A stretch of 64,000 bases of DNA. It comes from Cycas panzhihuaensis (lineage: Eukaryota; Plantae; Cycadophyta). Made by a program: the position numbers and the translations under genes. The stretch spans positions 199,399,741 through 199,463,740 of the forward strand of contig CM041465.1 of assembly GCA_023213395.1 (NCBI GenBank). The letters are read 5' to 3'. Below are positions 51,301 to 60,585 of this stretch, in pieces (positions within the stretch are counted from its first letter, which is position 1; every line of letters begins with the position of its first letter). The notes below the pieces were generated by a model. That model saw only the letters and a list, made by a program, of their open reading frames with translations, was not told the origin of the DNA and did not search any database.

Positions 51301-54300
51301 CTTTTAATATGGTTGGTCCCAAAGAATCAAGAATTAGGACTAGATAATGGATTGATGGCAGCCTAGGAAGTGATTTAAGTATGATTTGATCAACAAGACA
51401 TGCTTATGCTTTTCCTTTTTTAGGCATCTGTTGAGATATGACTTGACATTTTATTGTATATGGCTAAGTTGAATAATATTATTTTAGGTCAAGGCCTGGC
51501 CAACCAAACACCTAATACTTTTTCCATCTAGTCATGAATGGGTCATATGTTCAATAATGTTGAAGTGTGATCCAAACACACATCAAAATTATTGTAATGA
51601 TCCAATATTGATTTACAATACAATATATAGTGATTGTAGATGTCAGAAAGTATAAGATAAAGGGGAATGCACTTTTATGATACAGGTATATGAGGCAATT
51701 GTGGGCAAGTTTTTTTTATTTCAGATTTTCTAAGGCTTTTTCTTGTCCACAATAGGATTCTGATGGTAACAATAAGAATAGTAATAATTTCTAGTAGCAA
51801 TGATTGCATAAGCTTTTAGCAATTACAGTATCGCCCAACAATGGTAAATAAATTTCAAGAAAGTTAGTTGTGAAGCACATTGGGACAGATACAATGTCCC
51901 AAGATACAACTGTCATCTCCAGAAGAAGGCCAGGAACTGCACATGTGATGGATCAAAGCATTCAACAAAGGAAATGTTCCAAATTCGATATGGTTGGAAG
52001 TGCAGCGAAAGGCAGCGAATTGGCTCCTCAATGTTATCAGGCCGAAAGAGAATTTTGGGAAGAGGAGACCTTGCAAGAGAAAAGAAGACAAGAAATAGAA
52101 GGAAAAGATGAAGAGAGGAAAGAATAAAGTAGGTTAGGAAAAAGGAAAATAGAAACAATAGTGCCTGTGAAGGTGAGTTTGAAAGCCACCATGGGCTTTT
52201 AGAACCTGCTGAAAGTGAAACTGAAGGCCAAATCGAAGAAAACTGTTTTCGGAGGTTATCGACCAAATCAACAACTGGCATTCCATAGACTTGAAGATAG
52301 ATGAAGATTCATAGTGATGCATGGAACTTTGAGAGGATCTCATAATGCCAAGTTTGAATTGAGAATTCACTCAACTACATTAAGGAGAACTATCAACTCT
52401 GCCCCATTTAGATGCATTAAGTGATATGGTGTGACTGGGCAAGACAAGGGCAAGTTTGGAAAAAAATTCAAAATTTTGAGGGTGGAGAATAGGAAAATTT
52501 TGAAAATTTGACAAACGAATGAGGTCACTCGTTAAATCATCCGCGTGGGAGGTGTGCGGGAGAAAGAAACACAATTTTGAAAGGAATTTTGGTAGAAGTT
52601 GGTCGTACCAAGTGTGACCAGGTGCGACCAAAGGTGTAACCAGGTTGCAATTGGAGTACGACCAAGACCCTAGATCGTAATTATAACGATTGATGTTAAT
52701 GTTAACAAATTGTTAATTGGAAGTTAGTTGGGAAAGGGTTAGGGGGAAAGACTATAAAAGAACATTGGATGCATATAGTGGGGAGATGAGATGAGAGTGC
52801 ATTAGGCTTTCTCTCTTTTCTTCCATTCTGTCTCTCCTTGCATATTGAATTGAGGGTTCTACAATTATTGTAGTTCGGGCCTGTGCTTGACCCTTCTTGG
52901 GTCAATGCAGTCCTCTTCTTGGTAATAAAGTCAGATTTGCCTCAATCTATTATGTACATTGTAATTATGCTTCCATGTTGGTACTATAAGCATGCTGCCT
53001 GCGTAATATGATTGTTAATTCTCCTGTGTGTTCCCTTTTTGTTCAAGTTCTGTTTGTGACAAAGGAAGAGCACACAATAGTTCAATATTCATTCACATCT
53101 AGTTATGAGAGAACCAGAGATGCATCTTTGTAACACAAATAGAATTTGAATTTTCCCCTTTATTGTGCCAATTATCATAGAATGTCTCAAATAGAAGCCC
53201 AAGTGTAATGAGAGTGGGACATCGATCTTTGTATATGATTCTGTTATATCTTTCTTTGTTTGCAGACTAGTTGGGGTTGGATTTTTTGTGAACGGATGAT
53301 TACCTAAATTGCTTTTTAATTGCAGAGTGAGATTTTACCCTTTTTAATCATAGAGTAGAATTTTTATCCTTATTTAATCACAAAGTAGAAAGAAAGTTCA
53401 TTTTCTTTTTTCAGCTTAATGTTTTCTTTTAGTGCATTCTTTTTCATTTTTTAGCTTAATGGTTTTTTTTAACAGTGCATTCTCTTTCTGTTTTTAACTT
53501 TCAGTTTACATAGTGCCCTCTTTAGTCATAAAGTTTTATCCCATTTTAATCACAGAGTGGTGTGTTAAGTTCTCCATAGGATTGTTTAACTCAATGCCAA
53601 TGTACTAATTGGTATTAGTGCCTTTGTATTGATCCCAAGGGTTTCAAATTACTCTCTCTCTTATATATATTGGCATATCAATTGCCAACATTGTCCTTGC
53701 ACAAAAACGTCATTCTTTTGTCCTAGAGCTAGTTCCAAAGGCAACTCCAATGAGGTAGACCTAATGGCAAACTTAGTGACAATGCCTACCTGTGGAGAGA
53801 GCTGCAGTTTGAATAGGGTATACAAGATGTCAATTGTTTTTTAATGTTCTTATTTAGCACCCTTCTTTAGAAGGGAGGTTTCAATGGTACCCACAACAAA
53901 TAATGCTAGCCACATTGGTTGGGCAAATTGATGCAGCAAGATGTCATGATTCAACAACTTCAACCACAATCTAAACACAATAAATGCAAGGCTATGTAGC
54001 CAAATATGCCTTTAGAGGGTGCTGTACTCGTATCCAATAGTCATCAAATGTGTGGATACTTGGTTACTACATGCATACATTGTACATCCCAACCGTACTT
54101 CATATTTAGGCCACACCAAGGGTTTTCCTTGGCTCTATCATGGATTGTCATTGGTTGTATCTAGAATTTTCTGGCACAGCTTGGAATATTCCAACAATAT
54201 ATGGCCCCACAAAAAGGCAGGAAAAACGAATTGTGACTTTTGATGATTAGGGCAAAAAAAAGAAAAAGAAAAGAAAAAAGAAAGAACATAAAAGAAAAAC

Positions 54301-57300
54301 ATGAGCAAGTTTAAGAAACAACTAAGTTTGCTTCTTCTTGTGTTTTCAGATTTGATGCATGTCATATACATATTTTCATATGCATACATTTTTGTATATG
54401 TTTTTTGAAAACCCTAATTTTGTCATGTTCTCGTATTCTGGAATTTTTAGAATTGTTGTATTCTTTCCTGAACCTGCTCCTGGTCTTGCTTCCACCTTTC
54501 TGGTTATTTAGATACAAAGTGATGGATCTCCCAACAGATCCTTTTCTCGTTCTATAGGGACTATGGCAACACTATCAAAATCAGATAATTTCTCAAGCAC
54601 AAGAGATGCATTCCATTATAGTTTTTTTTTTTCTTTTTTTCTCCCAACAAAACAGTGGTCCCTACTTTCACAAAATCTACTTTCATGCTCAGGATCTCCA
54701 CAAGAGCGAGTTTTGTTGCAGCTATCGATTTGTAATGTTATGATTTATTCTGTACACCTAATACATGATTTGCAAATTTTTTTATTTCAACACAAACATA
54801 GTGAACACATGCTATCTCGATAGGGAGGAATCAAGGATTAGATGTCAAAAGTAGAACTTCTATTTACTGATCATATTGTTTCCTCTTAGTTTTGGGAGGA
54901 TAGATTTTCAGGCCTATCATTTAATATACAAAAGGCTAAATCACTTGCAATTACTTTCATGAGAACCTCCTTTGAATCAGGATTCCAGAATCTTTTGAAC
55001 CTTCTGATTTTCGCTTGGCCTTGCCAAACCCTATCTTGACATTTCATTTTTATAGTTGCAATTAGAATATTGTCAGTTTATGTTGTAACTAATGTTTTGC
55101 ATGGAAACCCATTTTTGGGGTTTTGGAAGGCATTTTCCACATTTTCTTAAAAACAAAACATTTTATGTAGGGAAGTATCTTAGAAATGCATCTTTTTAAT
55201 AAACAGTTTGGTAGTAATGAATTGAAGTTGTTGAATAATATTTAATTTTATTTAATGTCTTTCAATTTAAAATTGAATTAGATTAATATTTAAGTTATTA
55301 CAATATTTACAGAACTGTAAGCAGATTCTTGAAAATAGATCCCTCTTTTGCACAATTTATGGGAGAATGCACAAATAATATCTTGAACGTTCTTAGCAAG
55401 ATGACTATGATCTTGAAATTTCTCTTTTTAAATTGTTCTGTTGGTTACAGGGTAGAAGGGTTTTCCTGTTTGACAGAGTTCTAGGCATAAAACCTTCCCA
55501 GTCAATGCTGTTTTCCATTCTTTTATTTGTATATCAAAAATTGTCATTCTTGTATTGTTTATAATCCTTGCCAGGTTTTACTCAAGGGTGCCAATGGCGA
55601 TGAGTTGAAGAAAGTGAAACGTGTTGTTCAATTTTCAGTGTTCGCAGCTTATCATTTAGCTCTTGAGACATCTTTTCTTGCAGATGAAGGTGCCACCCTT
55701 CCTGAACTTCCTTTCAGATCTCCCATAACTGTTGCGTTGCCAGATAAGCAATCGAGTTTGGATAGATCTATTTCTACAATACCTGGTTTTACAGTTCCTG
55801 TTCCAGGGCACATAAATACAGGAGATGCACAAATCCAGAACATGCACAAGGATGCTATGTCAACTTTGCCTGTCATACCCTGTAAACCCCCAAACTTGGA
55901 TGTGGAAACATCCAAGCCTTCTTTTACATCTGGGGGTTATGGATCTTCTGTACCCGGATCCTTATTGCATGTCCCTTCTAATAATACTCTTGCTGATATT
56001 GCCAAACTGCCTCAAACAATGGTTGGTTCCAATACATTTTCTCCAAGATGTATATCTACTGAAAACACGGGGGTGCAACAAGAAGATACATATTTAGCTT
56101 CTCAGAGGCTTTCTCCACCATATGCTTTTTCAGGTGATTTAATATCAGGGTTATCATCTTCCATAAGAGAGGCCTTGGGCAAAGAAGATCATGTAGGTTT
56201 GGGTTTATATGTAGCAGCCACTTCCTATTTTGGACTGCAAGAGAAGCCAATGAATGAATCAGTGACAGATAATGGTTTGACCACTTCTATGGGTTCTAGA
56301 ACTCCTCTTCAGTATCAGATGACTGCTGAGGAAGCACCTACTGAAGTGCAATGTGAGAATCAGGGAAAATTAGAGGATCATATGAAGTCTAAATTATTTC
56401 TGGATCGGAAAGCAACAGAGTGCAAGAAACAAGATGTTTTTAATTTTGAGGAACAAGGATCCTCTAGAGAGGACTTCCCTCCTTCCCCTTCAGATCAACA
56501 AAGCATTTTGGTCTCATTATCTACTCGTTGTGTTTGGAAGGGAACAGTGTGTGAACGTGCTCATCTCTTTCGCATAAAGTACTATGGTAGTTTTGACAAA
56601 CCCCTGGGAAGGTTCTTACGGGATGATTTATTTGATCAGGTAGTCTTAATAATCTCTTCCTTTTATTCTTTTATATGAGTATGGTTTTGTTACTAAAAAA
56701 TTAACTCGATTTACATCTAACAATTTAATCCTGCAAATGGCAGAACTACCGTTGCCGTTACTGTGATGCACCGACAGAAGCTCATGTTCATTGCTACACT
56801 CATCGGCAGGGTAGCCTCACAATATCTGTGAGACGTCTCACTGAATCAGTCTTACCTGGTGAACGGGAAGGGAAAATATGGATGTGGCACAGATGCTTAA
56901 AATGTGCACGCAAAAATGGAGTTCCACAAGCAACCCGAAGAGTGGTGATGTCAGATGCTGCATGGGGGCTATCCTTTGGGAAATTCTTGGAGCTTAGTTT
57001 TTCAAACCATGCTGCGGCAAGCAGAGTGGCCAGCTGTGGTCATTCCTTACACAGAGATTGCCTTCGCTTTTATGGGTATACTAGTTTTCACTTGCTCAAT
57101 ATTATGCAGCAATTGACCTGTTTGCTGTAATGCTTGAATTTAATGAGATTGACTGTTCCTGACTTCTGTGCTTGAATTTGATTTGTACCAGGTTTGGCAG
57201 AATGGTAGCATGCTTCCGTTATGCAGCCATCCATGTGCACTCTGTTCATTTGCCACCTCCAAAACTAGAATTTAATAATCCGAACCAACAAGAGTGGCTC

Positions 57301-60300
57301 AGGAAGGAAGCATCAGAGGTAATCTTACAATTCACAGCATAAATGTTTCTAATTAGTTTTTAAGTGTTGTAAGAATACTGCCTGATGTTTGGCTATTCAA
57401 ACTTATACTCGTGTTTGTGCAAATAAGCAGGTTGAAGATAGGGGGGAATTGTTTTTTGCTGAGGTTTATGATTCCCTGCGTCAGATTGGAGAGAAAATTG
57501 CAAGCTCTGGGTCCTTCTATGCAGGCATGAAGGTTTCAGAGTCAAGGAGACAGATTTCAGAGTTAGAAGGGATGTTGCAGAAAGAGAAAGCTGAGTTTGA
57601 GGTGATCATTATATGTCTTGTGATGAGATGATATATTTTTCTGTATACTGCAATTTGTTTGATTTCGTAACTGGCTTTCTGTTTCCATTAAATTTGTTAT
57701 TTTATTATTTGTTTAGAAATTATTTGCTTGTTTAGCCAGAGAAATTGGGGAAAGTTGGTTGACTTTATATCTGCGGAACAGGAATTGTTACAAAGGGCTG
57801 TGACAAAGGATTGGCAGCCGGGACAACCGTTTGCGGATATTTTACAGCTTAATTGTCTAAGGCGGCGACTTGCTTTTGAATCTTTTGTATGGGATCACCG
57901 ACTTCGTTCTCTGGATTCATCCCTTAGGGTAGTAAAGTATGTTGTTGGTTCAAACCCGAGTCTACAAGAAGATTTTAATGCACCTTTACCAAAAGAAAAT
58001 ACTCAGAGTATTGCCAGTGAAAAACTTGTGGAGAGTTGCAGGATGGGAAAGAATGTTGGGAATGCTAGTGGGACCATGATTTCAAGGGTGGATAGCAATG
58101 ACTGCATGGTAAATGGAAATGGTCAGTGCAGTTGTAGTAAACCTGTCAATATGCTTTTTGAAGATGCCCTTGTTAACAAATCAGTTATAACTTATGGATC
58201 TGCAGAGTCTGCTAGCATGCTGGTTGGTTTCCCAGATTCTTTGTTGGTTGGCCCTTTCACAAAGTCAGAGGGTGTGTATGAAAGGTTGGATGAAGTTCGC
58301 AATACCACTGAACTGCCTGAAAATCAAGAGTTCTGGCCATTTCATCATGTGAAAACAAGTGCAAATGCTTCTATTAGAGATTCAAGTGCAGTTGAGGATG
58401 CTGTGGCATATCAAGCTGTTGGCAAAGAGAATCATGAATATGATACCAGCAGCACATTGTCAGAAAATCCATATGTAGGAACAGTTGATTGTAGGGATAG
58501 ATCAGGTGCTTTTGAGGGAGATCTGGGTGTTCGTAGGGCACTGTCAGAAAGGGATGTTCCAACTCTGGCTGATCTTTCTGATAAATTAGATGCAGCGTGG
58601 ACGGGTGAGGGTCATTCTGTAGTAACTCAGCAGGGGCATGTTACATCTCAGGGTCAGGAGCTTGGTCCTCCTGTTCCAGCAATAGAAAGTACTGGGGGAG
58701 ACACTCAGCCAAATTTTAAAAGTGATTCTGACTTGATAGAAACCAGTTCTGCTCCATCTGCAGTAAAGATTGAGTCTGCTGCTGATTCTATCTCCAATTT
58801 GCAAGATAAGGGTAGGCCAGAAGTGTTTCAAGTGAGTGTGCCTGCATCGCCGCCAATCAAATCCTTTGATATTTCAGAAGATATTGGAACCTGGATTGGA
58901 GCCCCGTTTTCTGACTTGTACGAGGCCTACAGGAAGGGTTCTCAGGGATCCTTATCAGGCTCTCCTCCTAGATTTGGCTCCCTCAGGGGCTATGTTCCAA
59001 CCTTCATATCATCAGTTAATCAACTGGATGGTCAGGGAGGGGCCAGTTTACTTTTGCCCACTGGCGTCAATGATATAGTTATTGTTATTTATGATGATGA
59101 GCCTACAAGTATAATAGCTTACGCATTGACCTCCCATGAATATCAGGCCCAAGTGTCTGACAAGTCTCCTGGCAAGGATAAACAGAGAGAGAGAGACCGG
59201 GATAAAGAAAAGGAAACTGGCGATTCCTCTGGTATGGATGCAGCTGTTTCTCATCCTCTCCAGCCATCACATGGCTCTTCAGAGATTGCAGAAGTGCTTT
59301 GTAAAGTTAAAAGCCTCGGATCTGATGATGGTTTTGCATCTCTCAGCAAAGTGACTGGAATTGCAGATCTGTTTCTGTTTACAAAAGCAATGCACGTAAA
59401 AGTCTCTTTTAGTGATGAAAGTCCCTCTGGAAAAGTGAAGTACATGGTAACTTGTTATTATGCAGAACAGTTTGATGCACTTAGGAGAAAGTGTTGCCCA
59501 ACAGAGTTGGAGTTTATACGTTCCCTATGCCGTTGTAAGAAATGGGGAGCACAAGGTGGAAAGAGCAATGTGTTTTTTGCAAAAACTTTGGATGAGAGAT
59601 TTATTATTAAGCAAGTTACGAAGACAGAATTGGAGTCCTTTATCAAGTTTGCCCCTGAATATTTCAAATATCTTTCAGATTCTCTTAGCACAGGGAGTCC
59701 CACCTGTCTGGCAAAGATTTTTGGTATTTATCAGGTTGGGCTTATGATTGTTCAATTATTTACATATGATTTCATGGTCCACCATTAGAAGATAGGTTGC
59801 AAAGATTGTTTGGCTGTAATACCATATCTTCTGGGTATTCTTCTTGATTGCTGTATGCCTCCTTGTTAATCTGTTTGAATGCTTCATAATCTGTTAATTG
59901 ACGACAGGTTACTGCAAAGCATGCAAAAGGCGGAAAGGAAGTTAGGATGGATCTTATGGTAATGGAAAATCTTTTATATGGGAGGAATGTAACCCGGGTA
60001 TATGACCTTAAAGGTTGTGCTCGCTCTCGTTACAATCCAGATTCGAAAGGAAGTAACACGGTTCTTTTAGACCAGAATCTTTTAGAAGCCATGCCAACCT
60101 CTCCGATCTTTGTTGGGAACAAGGCCAAGCGCCTTCTAGAGAGAGCTGTCTGGAATGACACTTCTTTTCTAGGAGTGAGTTTGCTTCCATTCTTTCTTTA
60201 TATACCTCAGATGCTAAGTTTCATTCTTGCTTTTGTCAATAAGGCAGTTGTCATGATTGTGCTTGGTCGGATGTTTGGTGTGCAGTCAGTTGATGTGATG

Positions 60301-60585
60301 GATTATTCATTACTGGTGGGAATTGATGAAGAGCGACATGAATTGGTTTTGGGCATTATTGATTTTTTGAGACAATATACCTGGGACAAACATCTTGAGA
60401 CCTGGGTGAAAGCATCTGGTATTCTTGGGGGTCCAAAGAATACATCACCCACAGTTATTTCTCCAAAGCAGTACAAGAAGCGGTTCCGAAAAGCAATGTC
60501 CACGTATTTCTTGATGGTCCCAGATCAATGGTCTCCTCCTACAATAATCCCCAGTGCTCCACAAGTTGATGCATGTGATGACTGA
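11725..60585 (+). CDS. FAB1: 1-phosphatidylinositol-3-phosphate 5-kinase FAB1/PIKfyve (FYVE-containing, FAB1A/B type), ~2050 aa; join(11725..12353,12601..13410,13585..13738,13827..14171,55575..56639,56744..57075,57192..57318,57431..57601,57782..59734,59908..60174,60286..60585)
   Basis: FYVE domain ([17 protein letters not shown]), CCT-like domain ([38 protein letters not shown]), Cys-rich region ([17 protein letters not shown]) and PIPK domain ([45 protein letters not shown]). All splice junctions keep frame, and exon lengths sum to 6153 nt (2050 codons plus stop). Confidence 0.95.
12601..13410 (+). CDS. FAB1: FAB1 coding exon 2
   Basis: Acceptor tgtag|g gives [10 protein letters not shown]. 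Contains [22 protein letters not shown] and [17 protein letters not shown]. Donor aag|gtaaga. Confidence 0.93.
13585..13738 (+). CDS. FAB1: FAB1 coding exon 3 (CCT-like domain), followed by a GC donor
   Basis: Acceptor ttttacag|t, then [17 protein letters not shown]...LLQQ. Donor cag|gcagga. Confidence 0.9.
13827..14171 (+). CDS. FAB1: FAB1 coding exon 4 (CCT-like domain)
   Basis: Acceptor ttttcag|GAAATG gives EMDHLKM...[12 protein letters not shown]. Donor acg|gtgagg. Confidence 0.93.
14778..14988. repeat. Imperfect ~70-bp direct repeat, period ~140
   Basis: ttcacatcactt..gtagaa.tctgg...tgttgattgtttgtt occurs at ~14798 and ~14938. Confidence 0.7.
15450..16130 (-). mobile_element. Decayed hAT-family transposase, C-terminal fragment
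   Basis: The minus-strand translation gives [40 protein letters not shown] and WKSCGSS..QNL..HILDQ..SI..KRN*ST.EFIQLKK-RNNL. These match the hAT motifs PLHAAG.FLNP and the dimerisation motif CERNWS.FE.IH.KKRNRL. Confidence 0.75.
16150..18102 (-). mobile_element. Decayed LINE (L1-like) ORF2 3' part: zf-RVT and RNase H
   Basis: ORF 17329..17538 [17 protein letters not shown]...CCVL....E..RHLL..C resembles zf-RVT. RNase H-like [32 protein letters not shown] and FQSIEFSHV occur on the - strand at 16450..16980. Confidence 0.75.
16373..16797. repeat. ~215-bp tandem duplication inside the LINE relic
   Basis: attcattccgtgcctctttacatatagagttaat at 16373 and 16590; both units end tagaagtgaatctt. Confidence 0.9.
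18103..19153 (+). repeat. 5' LTR of the CRM-like element; U3 has ~195-bp hairpin-bearing sub-repeats
   Basis: Matches 23785..24829. Internal units at ~18321..18515 and 18516..18713, plus a more degenerate unit around 18165..18320. Confidence 0.93.
23785..24829 (+). repeat. 3' LTR of the CRM-like element
   Basis: Preceded by the PPT and followed by TSD AACAC. Confidence 0.93.
25350..26834 (+). mobile_element. Copia element A: 5' LTR (left edge approximate), PBS, leader and gag start, then interrupted
   Basis: LTR end ...tccaaca at 25792 followed by PBS tggtatcaaagcc. Gag start at 26645 ([13 protein letters not shown]) is cut at 26834 by another LTR. Confidence 0.75.
26835..30930 (-). mobile_element. 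Copia element B, 5'-truncated (3' LTR 26835..27218, RH/RT/INT/PR/gag fragments)
   Basis: PPT aagtgggagaa next to TGTCGG on the - strand at 27219..27229. ORFs carry [37 protein letters not shown] and [14 protein letters not shown]. Gag similarity stops near 30930. Confidence 0.9.
31128..31260. repeat. ~46-bp palindromic minisatellite, 3 copies
   Basis: Unit gttttcattaaatacttgaaggtgtttttcaagtataaagcaagtt contains the inverted repeat atacttgaa/ttcaagtat. Confidence 0.85.
32299..32602 (-). mobile_element. tRNA-derived SINE inserted in Copia C gag
   Basis: TSD atgaagactttgtt at 32285..32298 and 32605..32618. T-run at ~32297..32313 is the poly(A) tail. Pol III box B GGTTCAAAACC (32536..32546, - strand) and box A-like TGGAGCTAGGTGG (32583..32595). 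Confidence 0.9.
34311..37000 (+). mobile_element. Decayed non-chromovirus Gypsy (Athila/Tat-like), non-autonomous: LTR 34311..34764, gag, integrase C-terminus
   Basis: TGTTAA...TTAACA termini. Gag-like [26 protein letters not shown]. Integrase tail [28 protein letters not shown] at ~36760..36980. No RT or RNase H seen. Confidence 0.65.
38960..44103 (-). mobile_element. Full-length degenerate Copia element D (short LTRs 38960..39198 and 43870..44103)
   Basis: Matching 239/234-bp LTRs with TGTTA..TAACA ends. PBS tggtatcaaagc (- strand, 43858..43869), PPT ttaagagaggg, TSD gagag/gagac. Gag, INT ([12 protein letters not shown]), RT (YVDD) and RH ([16 protein letters not shown]) fragments. Confidence 0.93.
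45369..53076 (+). mobile_element. Non-autonomous Athila-like LTR element E (LTRs 45369..45894 and 52553..53076), host of element F
   Basis: Two ~525-bp LTRs. PBS ttttggtgttgttgc is consistent with a deaminated tRNA-Asp-type tggcgccgttgc. PPT gtgggagg. Flanked by atag/atag. About 2.3 kb of its own internal DNA has no pol motifs. Confidence 0.85.
46380..50766 (-). mobile_element. Ty3/Gypsy chromovirus F (Reina-like) with internal pol deletion and chromodomain
   Basis: LTRs 46380..46725 and 50417..50766, perfect TSD CACCT, PBS tggtatcagag (50404..50414, - strand) and a G-run PPT at 46726..46736. Gag ([13 protein letters not shown]), PR ([11 protein letters not shown]), RT start, INT tail ([12 protein letters not shown]) and chromodomain (KILASR..LVQWVG..DEATWE). 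Confidence 0.95.
55575..56639 (+). CDS. FAB1: FAB1 coding exon 5
   Basis: ccag|GTTTTACTC gives [15 protein letters not shown]...[18 protein letters not shown]...[20 protein letters not shown]...LFDQ. Donor cag|gtagtc. Confidence 0.93.
56744..57075 (+). CDS. FAB1: FAB1 coding exon 6
   Basis: [29 protein letters not shown]...IWMWHRC...CLRFYG, with AG/GT boundaries. Confidence 0.92.
57192..57318 (+). CDS. FAB1: FAB1 coding exon 7
   Basis: [27 protein letters not shown], with ccag|g and gag|gtaatc boundaries. Confidence 0.92.
57431..57601 (+). CDS. FAB1: FAB1 coding exon 8
   Basis: [12 protein letters not shown]...[14 protein letters not shown], with gcag|g and gag|gtgatc boundaries. Confidence 0.9.
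57782..59734 (+). CDS. FAB1: FAB1 coding exon 9 (linker and N-part of the PIP kinase domain)
   Basis: ELLQR...[11 protein letters not shown]...[11 protein letters not shown]...AKIFGIYQ. An alternative in-frame acceptor is possible at 57740. Confidence 0.88.
59908..60174 (+). CDS. FAB1: FAB1 coding exon 10
   Basis: [37 protein letters not shown]. Donor gga|gtgagt. Confidence 0.92.
60286..60585 (+). CDS. FAB1: FAB1 coding exon 11 (last)
   Basis: tgcag|[12 protein letters not shown]...[17 protein letters not shown]...TGA. Confidence 0.92.
   Translation, partial: SVDVMDYSLLVGIDEERHELVLGIIDFLRQYTWDKHLETWVKASGILGGPKNTSPTVISPKQYKKRFRKAMSTYFLMVPDQWSPPTIIPSAPQVDACDD

Larger units (their letters stand above)
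14172..55574 (+). other. FAB1 intron 4, 41,403 nt, filled with transposons
   Basis: GT...AG boundaries join GCT|VLLKGA in frame. No FAB1-like coding sequence was seen in between. Confidence 0.92.

Noticed and set aside
53600-54500. Possible N-terminal half or end of the hAT element whose C-terminus is at 15450..16130
   Set aside because: Only a faint VTKFA-like motif on the - strand and no convincing TIR or 8-bp TSD.
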